From Leptogorgia sarmentosa (Eukaryota), in the NCBI GenBank assembly GCA_964658305.1, contig OZ210884.1:8370001-8434000 (forward strand): a stretch of DNA of 64,000 bases, written 5' to 3'. Of the stretch, positions 30,001-42,000 are shown piece by piece. The position numbers and the translations under genes were made by a program. The stretch's first letter is position 1, and each line of letters opens with the position of its first letter. The notes below the pieces were generated by a model, which was not told the origin of the DNA, searched no databases, and saw nothing but the letters and a program-made list of their open reading frames with translations.

Positions 30001-33000
30001 CCAGCCTAACCCCAGCCTTTTCCAGCCTAACCCCACCCTTTTCCTGCCTAACCGCAACCTTTCCAGCCTAACCCCACCCTTTTCCTGCCTAACCGCAACC
30101 TTTCCAGCCTAACCCCAGCCTTTTCCAGCCTAACCGCAACCTTTCCAGCCTAACCCCACCCTTTTCCTGCCTAACCGCAACCTTTCCAGCCTAACCCCAG
30201 CCTTTTCGTGCCTAACCGCAACCTTTCCTGCCTAACCCCAGCCTTTTCCTGCCTAACCGCAACCTTACCAGCCTAACCCCAGCCTTTTCCTGCCTAACCG
30301 CAACCTTTCCAGCCTAACCCCAGCCTTTTCCAGCCTAACCGCAACCTTTCCAGCCTAACCCCACCCTTTTCCAGCCTAACCGCAACCTTTCCAGCCTAAC
30401 CCCAGCCTTTTCCAGCCTAACCGCAGCCTTTTCCTGCCTAACCGCAACCTTTCCAGCCTAACCCCAGCCGTTTCCTGCCTAACCGCAACCTTTCCAGCCT
30501 AACCCCAGCCTTTTCGTGCCTAACCGCAACCTTTCCTGCCTAACCCCACTCTTTTCCTGCCTAACCGCAACCTTTCCAGCCTAACCCCAGCCTTTTCCTG
30601 CCTAACCGCAACCTTTCCAGCCTAACCCCAGCCTTTTCCAGCCTAACCGCAGCCTTTTCCTGCCTAACCGCAACCTTTCCAGCCTAACCCCAGCCGTTTC
30701 CTGCCTAACCGCAACCTTTCCAGCCTAACCCCAGGCTTTTCGTGCCTAACCGCAACCTTTCCAGCCTAACCCAAGCCTTTTCCAGCCTAACCGCAACCTT
30801 TCCAGCCTAACCCCACCCTTTTCCAGCCTAACCGCAACCTTTCCAGCCTAACCCCAGCCTTTTCCAGCCTAACCCCACCCTTTTCCTGCCTAACCGCAAC
30901 CTTTCCAGCCTAACCCCAGCCTTTTCCAGCCTAACCGCAACCTTTCCAGCCTAACCCCACCCTTTTCCTGCCTAACCGCAACCTTTCCAGCCTAACCCCA
31001 GCCTTTTCCAGCCTAACCGCAACCTTTCCAGCCTAACCCCACCCTTTTCCTGCCTAACCGCAACCTTTCCAGCCTAACCCCAGCCTTTTCGTGCCTAACC
31101 GCAACCTTTCCTGCCTAACCCCAGCCTTTTCCTGCCTAACCGCAACCTTACCAGCCTAACCCCAGCCTTTTCCTGCCTAACCGCAACCTTTCCAGCCTAA
31201 CCCCAGCCTTTTCCAGCCTAACCGCAACCTTTCCAGCCTAACCCCACCCTTTTCCAGCCTCACCGCAACCTTTCCAGCCTAACCCCAGCCTTTTCCAGCC
31301 TAACCGCAGCCTTTTCCTGCCTAACCGCAACCTTTCCAGCCTAACCCCAGCCGTTTCCTGCCTAACCGCAACCTTTCCAGCCTAACCCCAGCCTTTTCGT
31401 GCCTAACCGCAACCTTTCCTGCCTAACCCCAGCCTTTTCCTGCCTAACCGCAACCTTACCAGCCTAACCCCAGCCTTTTCCTGCCTAACCGCAACCTTTC
31501 CAGCCTAACGCCAGCCTTTTCCAGCCTAACCGCAACCTTTCCAGCCTAACCCCACCCTTTTCCAGCCTAACCGCAACCTTTCCAGCCTAACCCCAGCCTT
31601 TTCCAGCCTAACCGCAGCCTTTTCCTGCCTAACCGCAACCTTTCCAGCCTAACCCCAGCCGTTTCCTGCCTAACCGCAACCTTTCCAGCCTAACCCCAGC
31701 CTTTTCGTGCCTAACCGCAACCTTTCCTGCCTAACCCCACTCTTTTCCTGCCTAACCGCAACCTTTCCAGCCTAACCCCAGCCTTTTCCTGCCTAACCGC
31801 AACCTTTCCAGCCTAACCCCAGCCTTTTCCAGCCTAACTGCAGCCTTTTCCTGCCTAACCGCAACCTTTCCAGCCTAACCCCAGCCGTTTCCTGCCTAAC
31901 CGCAACCTTTCCAGCCTAACCCCAGCCTTTTCGTGCCTAACCGCAACCTTTCCTGCCTAACCCCACCCTTTTCCTGCCTAACCGCAACCTTTCCAGCCTA
32001 ACCCCAGCCTTTTCCTGCCTAACCGCAACCTTTCCAGCCTAACCCCAGCCTTTTCCAGCCTAACCGCAACCTTTCCAGCCTAACCATAGCCTTTTCCAGC
32101 CTAACCGCAACCTTTCCAGCCTAACCCCACCCTTTTCCTGCCTAACCGCAACCTTTCCAGCCTAACCCAAGCCTTTTCCAGCCTAACCGCAACCTTTCCA
32201 GCCTAACCCCACCCTTTTCCTGCCTAACCGCAATCTTTCCAGCCTAACCGAAGCCTTTTCCTGGCTAACCGCAACCTTTCCAGCCTAACCCCAGCCTTTT
32301 CCAGCCTAACCGCAACCTTTCCAGCCTAACCCCACCCTTTTCCAGCCTAACCGCAACCTTTCCAGCCTAACCCCAGCCTTTTCCTGCCTAACCCCACCCT
32401 TTTCCAGCCTAACCGCAACCTTTCCAGCCTAACCCCAGCCTTTTCCAGCCTAACCGCAGCCTTTTCCTGCCTAACCGCAACCTTTCCAGCCTAACCCCAG
32501 CCGTTTCCTGCCTAACCGCAACCTTTCCAGCCTAACCCCAGCCTTTTCGTGCCTAACCGCAACCTTTCCTGCCTAACCCCACTCTTTTCCTGCCTAACCG
32601 CAACCTTTCCAGCCTAACCCCAGCCTTTTCCTGCCTAACCGCAACCTTTCCAGCCTAACCCCAGCCTTTTCCAGCCTAACTGCAGCCTTTTCCTGCCTAA
32701 CCGCAACCTTTCCAGCCTAACCCCAGCCGTTTCCTGCCTAACCGCAACCTTTCCAGCCTAACCCCAGCCTTTTCGTGCCTAACCGCAACCTTTCCTGCCT
32801 AACCCCACCCTTTTCCTGCCTAACCGCAACCTTTCCAGCCTAACCCCAGCCTTTTCCTGCCTAACCGCAACCTTTCCAGCCTAACCCCAGCCTTTTCCAG
32901 CCTAACCGCAACCTTTCCAGCCTAACCATAGCCTTTTCCAGCCTAACCGCAACCTTTCCAGCCTAACCCCAGCCTTTTCCAGCCTAACCGCAGCCTTTTC

Positions 33001-36000
33001 CTGCCTAACCGCAACCTTTCCAGCCTAACCCCAGCCGTTTCCTGCCTAACCGCAACCTTTCCAGCCTAACCCCAGCCTTTTCGTGCCTAACCGCAACCTT
33101 TCCTGCCTAACCCCACCCTTTTTCTGCCTAACCGCAACCTTTCCAGCCTAACCCCAGCCTTTTCCTGCCTAACCGCAACCTTTCCAGCCTAACCCCAGCC
33201 TTTTCCAGCCTAACCGCAGCCTTTTCCTGCCTAACCGCAACCTTTCCAGGCTAACCCCAGCCGTTTCCTGCCTAACCGCAACCTTTCCAGCCTAACCCCA
33301 GCCTTTTCGTGCCTAACCGCAACCTTTCCTGCCTAACCGCACCCTTTTCCTGCCTAACCGCAACCTTTCCAGCCTAACCCCAGCCTTTTCCTGCCTAACC
33401 GCAACCTTTCCAGCCTAACCCCAGCCTTTTCCAGCCTAACCGCAACCTTTCCAGCCTAACCCCAGCCTTTTCCAGCCTAACCGCAACCTTTCCAGCCTAA
33501 CCCCACCCTTTTCCTGCCTAACCGCAACCTTTCCAGCCTAACCCAAGCCTTTTCCAGCCTAACCGCAACCTTTCCAGCCTAACCCCACCCTTTTCCTGCC
33601 TAACCGCAATCTTTCCAGCCTAACCGAAGCCTTTTCCTGGCTAACCGCAACCTTTCCAGCCTAACCCCAGCCTTTTCCAGCCTAACCGCAACCTTTCCAG
33701 CCTAACCCCAGCCTTTTCCAGCCTAACCGCAACCTTTCCAGCCTAACCCCACCCTTTTCCAGCCTAACCGCAACCTTTCCAGCCTAACCCCAGCCTTTTC
33801 CTGCCTAACCGCAACCTTTCCAGCCTAACCCAAGCCTTTTCCAGCCTAACCGCAACCTTTCCAGCCTAACCCCATCCTTTTCCAGCCTAACCGCAACCTT
33901 TCCAGCCTAACCCCATCCTTTTCCTGCCTAACCGCAGCCTTTCCAGCCTAACCGCAACCTTTCCAGCCTAACCCCAGCCTTTCCAGCCTAACCCCAGCCT
34001 TTTCGTGTCTAACCGCAACCTTTCCTGCCTAACCCCACCCTTTTGCTGCCTAACCGCAACCTTTCCAGCCTAACCCCAGCCGTTTCCTGCCTAACCGCAA
34101 CCTTTCCAGCCTAACCCCACCCTTTTCCAGCCTAACCGCAACCTTTCCAGCCTAACCCCAGCCTTTTCCAGCCTAACCGCAGCCTTTTCCTGCCTAACCG
34201 CAACCTTTCCAGCCTAACCCCAGCCGTTTCCTGCCTAACCGCAACCTTTCCAGCCTAACCCCAGCCTTTTCGTGCCTAACCGCAACCTTTCCTGCCTAAC
34301 CCCACTCTTTTCCTGCCTAACCGCAACCTTTCCAGCCTAACCCCAGCCTTTTCCAGCCTAACCCCAGCCTTTTCCAGCCTAACCGCAACCTTTCCAGCCT
34401 AACCGCAACCTTTCCAGCCTAACCGCAACCTTTCCAGCCTAACCTAACCCCAGCCTAACCCCAGCCTTTTCCTGCCTAACCCCAGCCTTTTCCAGCTAAC
34501 CCCAGCCTTTTCCAGCCTAACCGCAACCTTTCCAGCCTAACCCCACCCTTTTCCAGCCTAACCGCAACCTTTCCAGCCTAACCCCAGCCTTTTCCAGCCT
34601 AACCGCAGCCTTTTCCTGCCTAACCGCAACCTTTCCAGCCTAACCCCAGCCGTTTCCTGCCTAACCGCAACCTTTCCAGCCTAACCCCAGCCTTTTCGTG
34701 CCTAACCGCAACCTTTCCTGCCTAACCCCACTCTTTTCCTGCCTAACCGCAACCTTTCCAGCCTAACCCCAGCCTTTTCCAGCCTAACCCCAGCCTTTTC
34801 CAGCCTAACCGCAACCTTTCCAGCCTAACCGCAACCTTTCCAGCCTAACCGCAACCTTTCCAGCCTAACCTAACCCCAGCCTAACCCCAGCCTTTTCCTG
34901 CCTAACCCCAGCCTTTTCCAGCTAACCCCAGCCTTTTCCAGCCTAACCGCAACCTTTCCAGCCTAACCCCAGCCTTTTCCAGCCTAACCGCAACCTTTCC
35001 AGCCTAACCCCAGCCTTTTCCAGCCTAACCGCAACCTTTCCAGCCTAACCCCACCCTTTTCCTGCCTAACCGCAACCTTTCCAGCCTAACCCCAGCCTTT
35101 TCCAGCCTAACCGCAACCTTTCCAGCCTAACCCCACCCTTTTCCTGCCTAACCGCAACCTTTCCAGCCTAACCCCAGCCTTTTCGTGCCTAACCGCAACC
35201 TTTCCTGCCTAACCCCACCCTTTTCCTGCCTAACCGCTACCTTTCCAGCCTAACCCCAGCCTTTTCCTGCGTAACCGCAACCTTTCCAGCCTAACCCAAG
35301 CCTTTTCCAGCCTAACCGCAACCTTTCCAGCCTAACCCCACCCTTTTCCAGCCTAACCGCAACCTTTCCAGCCTAACCCCAGCCTTTTCCAGCCTAACCG
35401 CAGCCTTTTCCTGCCTAACCGCAACCTTTCCAGCCTAACCCCAGCCGTTTCCAGCCTAACCCCACCCTTTTCCAGCCTAACCGCAACCTTTCCAGCCTAA
35501 CCCCACCCTTTTCCAGCCTAACCGCAACCTTTCCAGCCTAACCCCAGCCTTTTCCAGCCTAACCGCAGCCTTTTCCTGCCTAACCGCAACCTTTCCAGCC
35601 TAACCCCAGCCGTTTCCTGCCTAACCGCAACCTTTCCAGCCTAACCCCAGCCTTTTCGTGCCTAACCGCAACCTTTCCTGCCTAACCCCACCCTTTTTCT
35701 GCCTAACCGCAACCTTTCCAGCCTAACCCCAGCCTTTTCCTGCCTAACCGCAACCTTTCCAGCCTAACCCCAGCCTTTTCCAGCCTAACCGCAGCCTTTT
35801 CCTGCCTAACCGCAACCTTTCCAGGCTAACCCCAGCCGTTTCCTGCCTAACCGCAACCTTTCCAGCCTAACCCCAGCCTTTTCGTGCCTAACCGCAACCT
35901 TTCCTGCCTAACCGCACCCTTTTCCTGCCTAACCGCAACCTTTCCAGCCTAACCCCAGCCTTTTCCTGCCTAACCGCAACCTTTCCAGCCTAACCCCAGC

Positions 36001-39000
36001 CTTTTCCAGCCTAACCGCAACCTTTCCAGCCTAACCCCAGCCTTTTCCAGCCTAACCGCAACCTTTCCAGCCTAACCCCACCCTTTTCCTGCCTAACCGC
36101 AACCTTTCCAGCCTAACCCAAGCCTTTTCCAGCCTAACCGCAACCTTTCCAGCCTAACCCCACCCTTTTCCTGCCTAACCGCAATCTTTCCAGCCTAACC
36201 GAAGCCTTTTCCTGGCTAACCGCAACCTTTCCAGCCTAACCCCAGCCTTTTCCAGCCTAACCGCAACCTTTCCAGCCTAACCCCAGCCTTTTCCAGCCTA
36301 ACCGCAACCTTTCCAGCCTAACCCCACCCTTTTCCAGCCTAACCGCAACCTTTCCAGCCTAACCCCAGCCTTTTCCTGCCTAACCGCAACCTTTCCAGCC
36401 TAACCCAAGCCTTTTCCAGCCTAACCGCAACCTTTCCAGCCTAACCCCATCCTTTTCCAGCCTAACCGCAACCTTTCCAGCCTAACCCCATCCTTTTCCT
36501 GCCTAACCGCAGCCTTTCCAGCCTAACCGCAACCTTTCCAGCCTAACCCCAGCCTTTCCAGCCTAACCCCAGCCTTTTCGTGTCTAACCGCAACCTTTCC
36601 TGCCTAACCCCACCCTTTTGCTGCCTAACCGCAACCTTTCCAGCCTAACCCCAGCCGTTTCCTGCCTAACCGCAACCTTTCCAGCCTAACCCCACCCTTT
36701 TCCAGCCTAACCGCAACCTTTCCAGCCTAACCCCAGCCTTTTCCAGCCTAACCGCAGCCTTTTCCTGCCTAACCGCAACCTTTCCAGCCTAACCCCAGCC
36801 GTTTCCTGCCTAACCGCAACCTTTCCAGCCTAACCCCAGCCTTTTCGTGCCTAACCGCAACCTTTCCTGCCTAACCCCACTCTTTTCCTGCCTAACCGCA
36901 ACCTTTCCAGCCTAACCCCAGCCTTTTCCAGCCTAACCCCAGCCTTTTCCAGCCTAACCGCAACCTTTCCAGCCTAACCGCAACCTTTCCAGCCTAACCG
37001 CAACCTTTCCAGCCTAACCTAACCCCAGCCTAACCCCAGCCTTTTCCTGCCTAACCCCAGCCTTTTCCAGCTAACCCCAGCCTTTTCCAGCCTAACCGCA
37101 ACCTTTCCAGCCTAACCCCAGCCTTTTCCAGCCTAACCGCAACCTTTCCAGCCTAACCCCACCCTTTTCCAGCCTAACCGCAACCTTTCCAGCCTAACCC
37201 CACCCTTTTCCTGCCTAACCGCAACCTTTCCAGCCTAACCCCAGCCTTTTCCAGCCTAACCGCAACCTTTCCAGCCTAACCCCACCCTTTTCCTGCCTAA
37301 CCGCAACCTTTCCAGCCTAACCCCAGCCTTTTCGTGCCTAACCGCAACCTTTCCTGCCTAACCCCACCCTTTTCCTGCCTAACCGCTACCTTTCCAGCCT
37401 AACCCCAGCCTTTTCCTGCGTAACCGCAACCTTTCCAGCCTAACCCAAGCCTTTTCCAGCCTAACCGCAACCTTTCCAGCCTAACCCCACCCTTTTCCAG
37501 CCTAACCGCAACCTTTCCAGCCTAACCCCAGCCTTTTCCAGCCTAACCGCAGCCTTTTCCTGCCTAACCGCAACCTTTCCAGCCTAACCCCAGCCGTTTC
37601 CAGCCTAACCCCACCCTTTTCCAGCCTAACCGCAACCTTTCCAGCCTAACCCCACCCTTTTCCAGCCTAACCGCAACCTTTCCAGCCTAACCCCAGCCTT
37701 TTCCAGCCTAACCGCAGCCTTTTCCTGCCTAACCGCAACCTTTCCAGCCTAACCCCAGCCGTTTCCTGCCTAACCGCAACCTTTCCAGCCTAACCCCAGC
37801 CTTTTCGTGCCTAACCGCAACCTTTCCTGCCTAACCCCACCCTTTTTCTGCCTAACCGCAACCTTTCCAGCCTAACCCCAGCCTTTTCCTGCCTAACCGC
37901 AACCTTTCCAGCCTAACCCCAGCCTTTTCCAGCCTAACCGCAGCCTTTTCCTGCCTAACCGCAACCTTTCCAGGCTAACCCCAGCCGTTTCCTGCCTAAC
38001 CGCAACCTTTCCAGCCTAACCCCAGCCTTTTCGTGCCTAACCGCAACCTTTCCTGCCTAACCGCACCCTTTTCCTGCCTAACCGCAACCTTTCCAGCCTA
38101 ACCCCAGCCTTTTCCTGCCTAACCGCAACCTTTCCAGCCTAACCCCAGCCTTTTCCAGCCTAACCGCAACCTTTCCAGCCTAACCCCAGCCTTTTCCAGC
38201 CTAACCGCAACCTTTCCAGCCTAACCCCACCCTTTTCCTGCCTAACCGCAACCTTTCCAGCCTAACCCAAGCCTTTTCCAGCCTAACCGCAACCTTTCCA
38301 GCCTAACCCCACCCTTTTCCTGCCTAACCGCAATCTTTCCAGCCTAACCGAAGCCTTTTCCTGGCTAACCGCAACCTTTCCAGCCTAACCCCAGCCTTTT
38401 CCAGCCTAACCGCAACCTTTCCAGCCTAACCCCAGCCTTTTCCAGCCTAACCGCAACCTTTCCAGCCTAACCCCACCCTTTTCCAGCCTAACCGCAACCT
38501 TTCCAGCCTAACCCCAGCCTTTTCCTGCCTAACCGCAACCTTTCCAGCCTAACCCAAGCCTTTTCCAGCCTAACCGCAACCTTTCCAGCCTAACCCCACC
38601 CTTTTCCAGCCTAACCGCAACCTTTCCAGCCTAACCCCAGCCTTTTCCAGCCTAACCCCACCCTTTTCCTGCCTAACCGCAACCTTTCCAGCCTAACCCC
38701 ACCCTTTTCCTGCCTAACCGCAACCTTTCCAGCCTAACCCCAGCCTTTTCCAGCCTAACCGCAACCTTTCCAGCCTAACCCCACCCTTTTCCTGCCTAAC
38801 CGCTACCTTTCCAGCCTAACCCCAGCCTTTTCGTGCCTAACCGCAACCTTTCCAGCCTAACCCCACCCTTTCCAGCCTAATCCCAGCCTTTTCCTGCCTA
38901 ACCGCAACCTTTCCAGCCTAACCCCAGCCTTTTCCAGCCTAACCGCAGCCTTTTCCTGCCTAACCGCAACCTTTCCAGGCTAACCCCAGCCGTTTCCTGC

Positions 39001-42000
39001 CTAACCGCAACCTTTCCAGCCTAACCCCAGCCTTTTCGTGCCTAACCGCAACCTTTCCTGCCTAACCGCACCCTTTTCCTGCCTAACCGCAACCTTTCCA
39101 GCCTAACCCCAGCCTTTTCCTGCCTAACCGCAACCTTTCCAGCCTAACCCCAGCCTTTTCCAGCCTAACCGCAACCTTTCCAGCCTAACCCCAGCCTTTT
39201 CCAGCCTAACCGCAACCTTTCCAGCCTAACCCCACCCTTTTCCTGCCTAACCGCAACCTTTCCAGCCTAACCCAAGCCTTTTCCAGCCTAACCGCAACCT
39301 TTCCAGCCTAACCCCACCCTTTTCCTGCCAAACCGCAATCTTTCCAGCCTAACCGAAGCCTTTTCCTGGCTAACCGCAACCTTTCCAGCCTAACCCCAGC
39401 CTTTTCCAGCCTAACCGCAACCTTTCCAGCCTAACCCCAGCCTTTTCCAGCCTAACCGCAACCTTTCCAGCCTAACCCCACCCTTTTCCAGCCTAACCGC
39501 AACCTTTCCAGCCTAACCCCAGCCTTTTCCTGCCTAACCGCAACCTTTCCAGCCTAACCCAAGCCTTTTCCAGCCTAACCGCAACCTTTCCAGCCTAACC
39601 CCACCCTTTTCCAGCCTAACCGCAACCTTTCCAGCCTAACCCCAGCCTTTTCCAGCCTAACCCCACCCTTTTCCTGCCTAACCGCAACCTTTCCAGCCTA
39701 ACCCCACCCTTTTCCTGCCTAACCGCAACCTTTCCAGCCTAACCCCAGCCTTTTCCAGCCTAACCGCAACCTTTCCAGCCTAACCCCACCCTTTTCCTGC
39801 CTAACCGCAACCTTTCCAGCCTAACCCCAGCCTTTTCGTGCCTAACCGCAACCTTTCCTGCCTAACCCCAGCCTTTTCCTGCCTAACCGCAACCTTACCA
39901 GCCTAACCCCAGCCTTTTCCTGCCTAACCGCAACCTTTCCAGCCTAACCCCAGCCTTTTCCAGCCTAACCGCAACCTTTCCAGCCTAACCCCACCCTTTT
40001 CCAGCCTAACCGCAACCTTTCCAGCCTAACCCCAGCCTTTTCCAGCCTAACCGCAGCCTTTTCCTGCCTAACCGCAACCTTTCCAGCCTAACCCCAGCCG
40101 TTTCCTGCCTAACCGCAACCTTTCCAGCCTAACCCCAGCCTTTTCGTGCCTAACCGCAACCTTTCCTGCCTAACCCCACTCTTTTCCTGCCTAACCGCAA
40201 CCTTTCCAGCCTAACCCCAGCCTTTTCCTGCCTAACCGCAACCTTTCCAGCCTAACCCCAGCCTTTTCCAGCCTAACCGCAGCCTTTTCCTGCCTAACCG
40301 CAACCTTTCCAGCCTAACCCCAGCCGTTTCCTGCCTAACCGCAACCTTTCCAGCCTAACCCCAGGCTTTTCGTGCCTAACCGCAACCTTTCCAGCCTAAC
40401 CCAAGCCTTTTCCAGCCTAACCGCAACCTTTCCAGCCTAACCCCACCCTTTTCCAGCCTAACCGCAACCTTTCCAGCCTAACCCCAGCCTTTTCCAGCCT
40501 AACCCCACCCTTTTCCTGCCTAACCGCAACCTTTCCAGCCTAACCCCAGCCTTTTCCAGCCTAACCGCAACCTTTCCAGCCTAACCCCACCCTTTTCCTG
40601 CCTAACCGCAACCTTTCCAGCCTAACCCCAGCCTTTTCCAGCCTAACCGCAACCTTTCCAGCCTAACCCCACCCTTTTCCTGCCTAACCGCAACCTTTCC
40701 AGCCTAACCCCAGCCGTTTCCTGCCTAACCGCAACCTTTCCAGCCTAACCCCAGCCTTTTCGTGCCTAACCGCAACCTTTCCTGCCTAACCCCAGCCTTT
40801 TACTGCCTAACCGCAACCTTACCAGCCTAACCCCAGCCTTTTCCTGCCTAACCGCAACCTTTCCAGCCTAACGCCAGCCTTTTCCAGCCTAACCGCAACC
40901 TTTCCAGCCTAACCCCACCCTTTTCCAGCCTAACCGCAACCTTTCCAGCCTAACCCCAGCCTTTTCCAGCCTAACCGCAGCCTTTTCCTGCCTAACCGCA
41001 ACCTTTCCAGCCTAACCCCAGCCGTTTCCTGCCTAACCGCAACCTTTCCAGCCTAACCCCAGCCTTTTCGTGCCTAACCGCAACCTTTCCTGCCTAACCC
41101 CACTCTTTTCCTGCCTAACCGCAACCTTTCCAGCCTAACCCCAGCCTTTTCCTGCCTAACCGCAACCTTTCCAGCCTAACCCCAGCCTTTTCCAGCCTAA
41201 CTGCAGCCTTTTCCTGCCTAACCGCAACCTTTCCAGCCTAACCCCAGCCGTTTCCTGCCTAACCGCAACCTTTCCAGCCTAACCCCAGCCTTTTCGTGCC
41301 TAACCGCAACCTTTCCTGCCTAACCCCACCCTTTTCCTGCCTAACCGCAACCTTTCCAGCCTAACCCCAGCCTTTTCCTGCCTAACCGCAACCTTTCCAG
41401 CCTAACCCCAGCCTTTTCCAGCCTAACCGCAACCTTTCCAGCCTAACCATAGCCTTTTCCAGCCTAACCGCAACCTTTCCAGCCTAACCCCACCCTTTTC
41501 CTGCCTAACCGCAACCTTTCCAGCCTAACCCAAGCCTTTTCCAGCCTAACCGCAACCTTTCCAGCCTAACCCCACCCTTTTCCTGCCTAACCGCAATCTT
41601 TCCAGCCTAACCGAAGCCTTTTCCTGGCTAACCGCAACCTTTCCAGCCTAACCCCAGCCTTTTCCAGCCTAACCGCAACCTTTCCAGCCTAACCCCACCC
41701 TTTTCCAGCCTAACCGCAACCTTTCCAGCCTAACCCCAGCCTTTTCCTGCCTAACCCCACCCTTTTCCAGCCTAACCGCAACCTTTCCAGCCTAACCCCA
41801 GCCTTTTCCAGCCTAACCGCAGCCTTTTCCTGCCTAACCGCAACCTTTCCAGCCTAACCCCAGCCGTTTCCTGCCTAACCGCAACCTTTCCAGCCTAACC
41901 CCAGCCTTTTCGTGCCTAACCGCAACCTTTCCTGCCTAACCCCACTCTTTTCCTGCCTAACCGCAACCTTTCCAGCCTAACCCCAGCCTTTTCCTGCCTA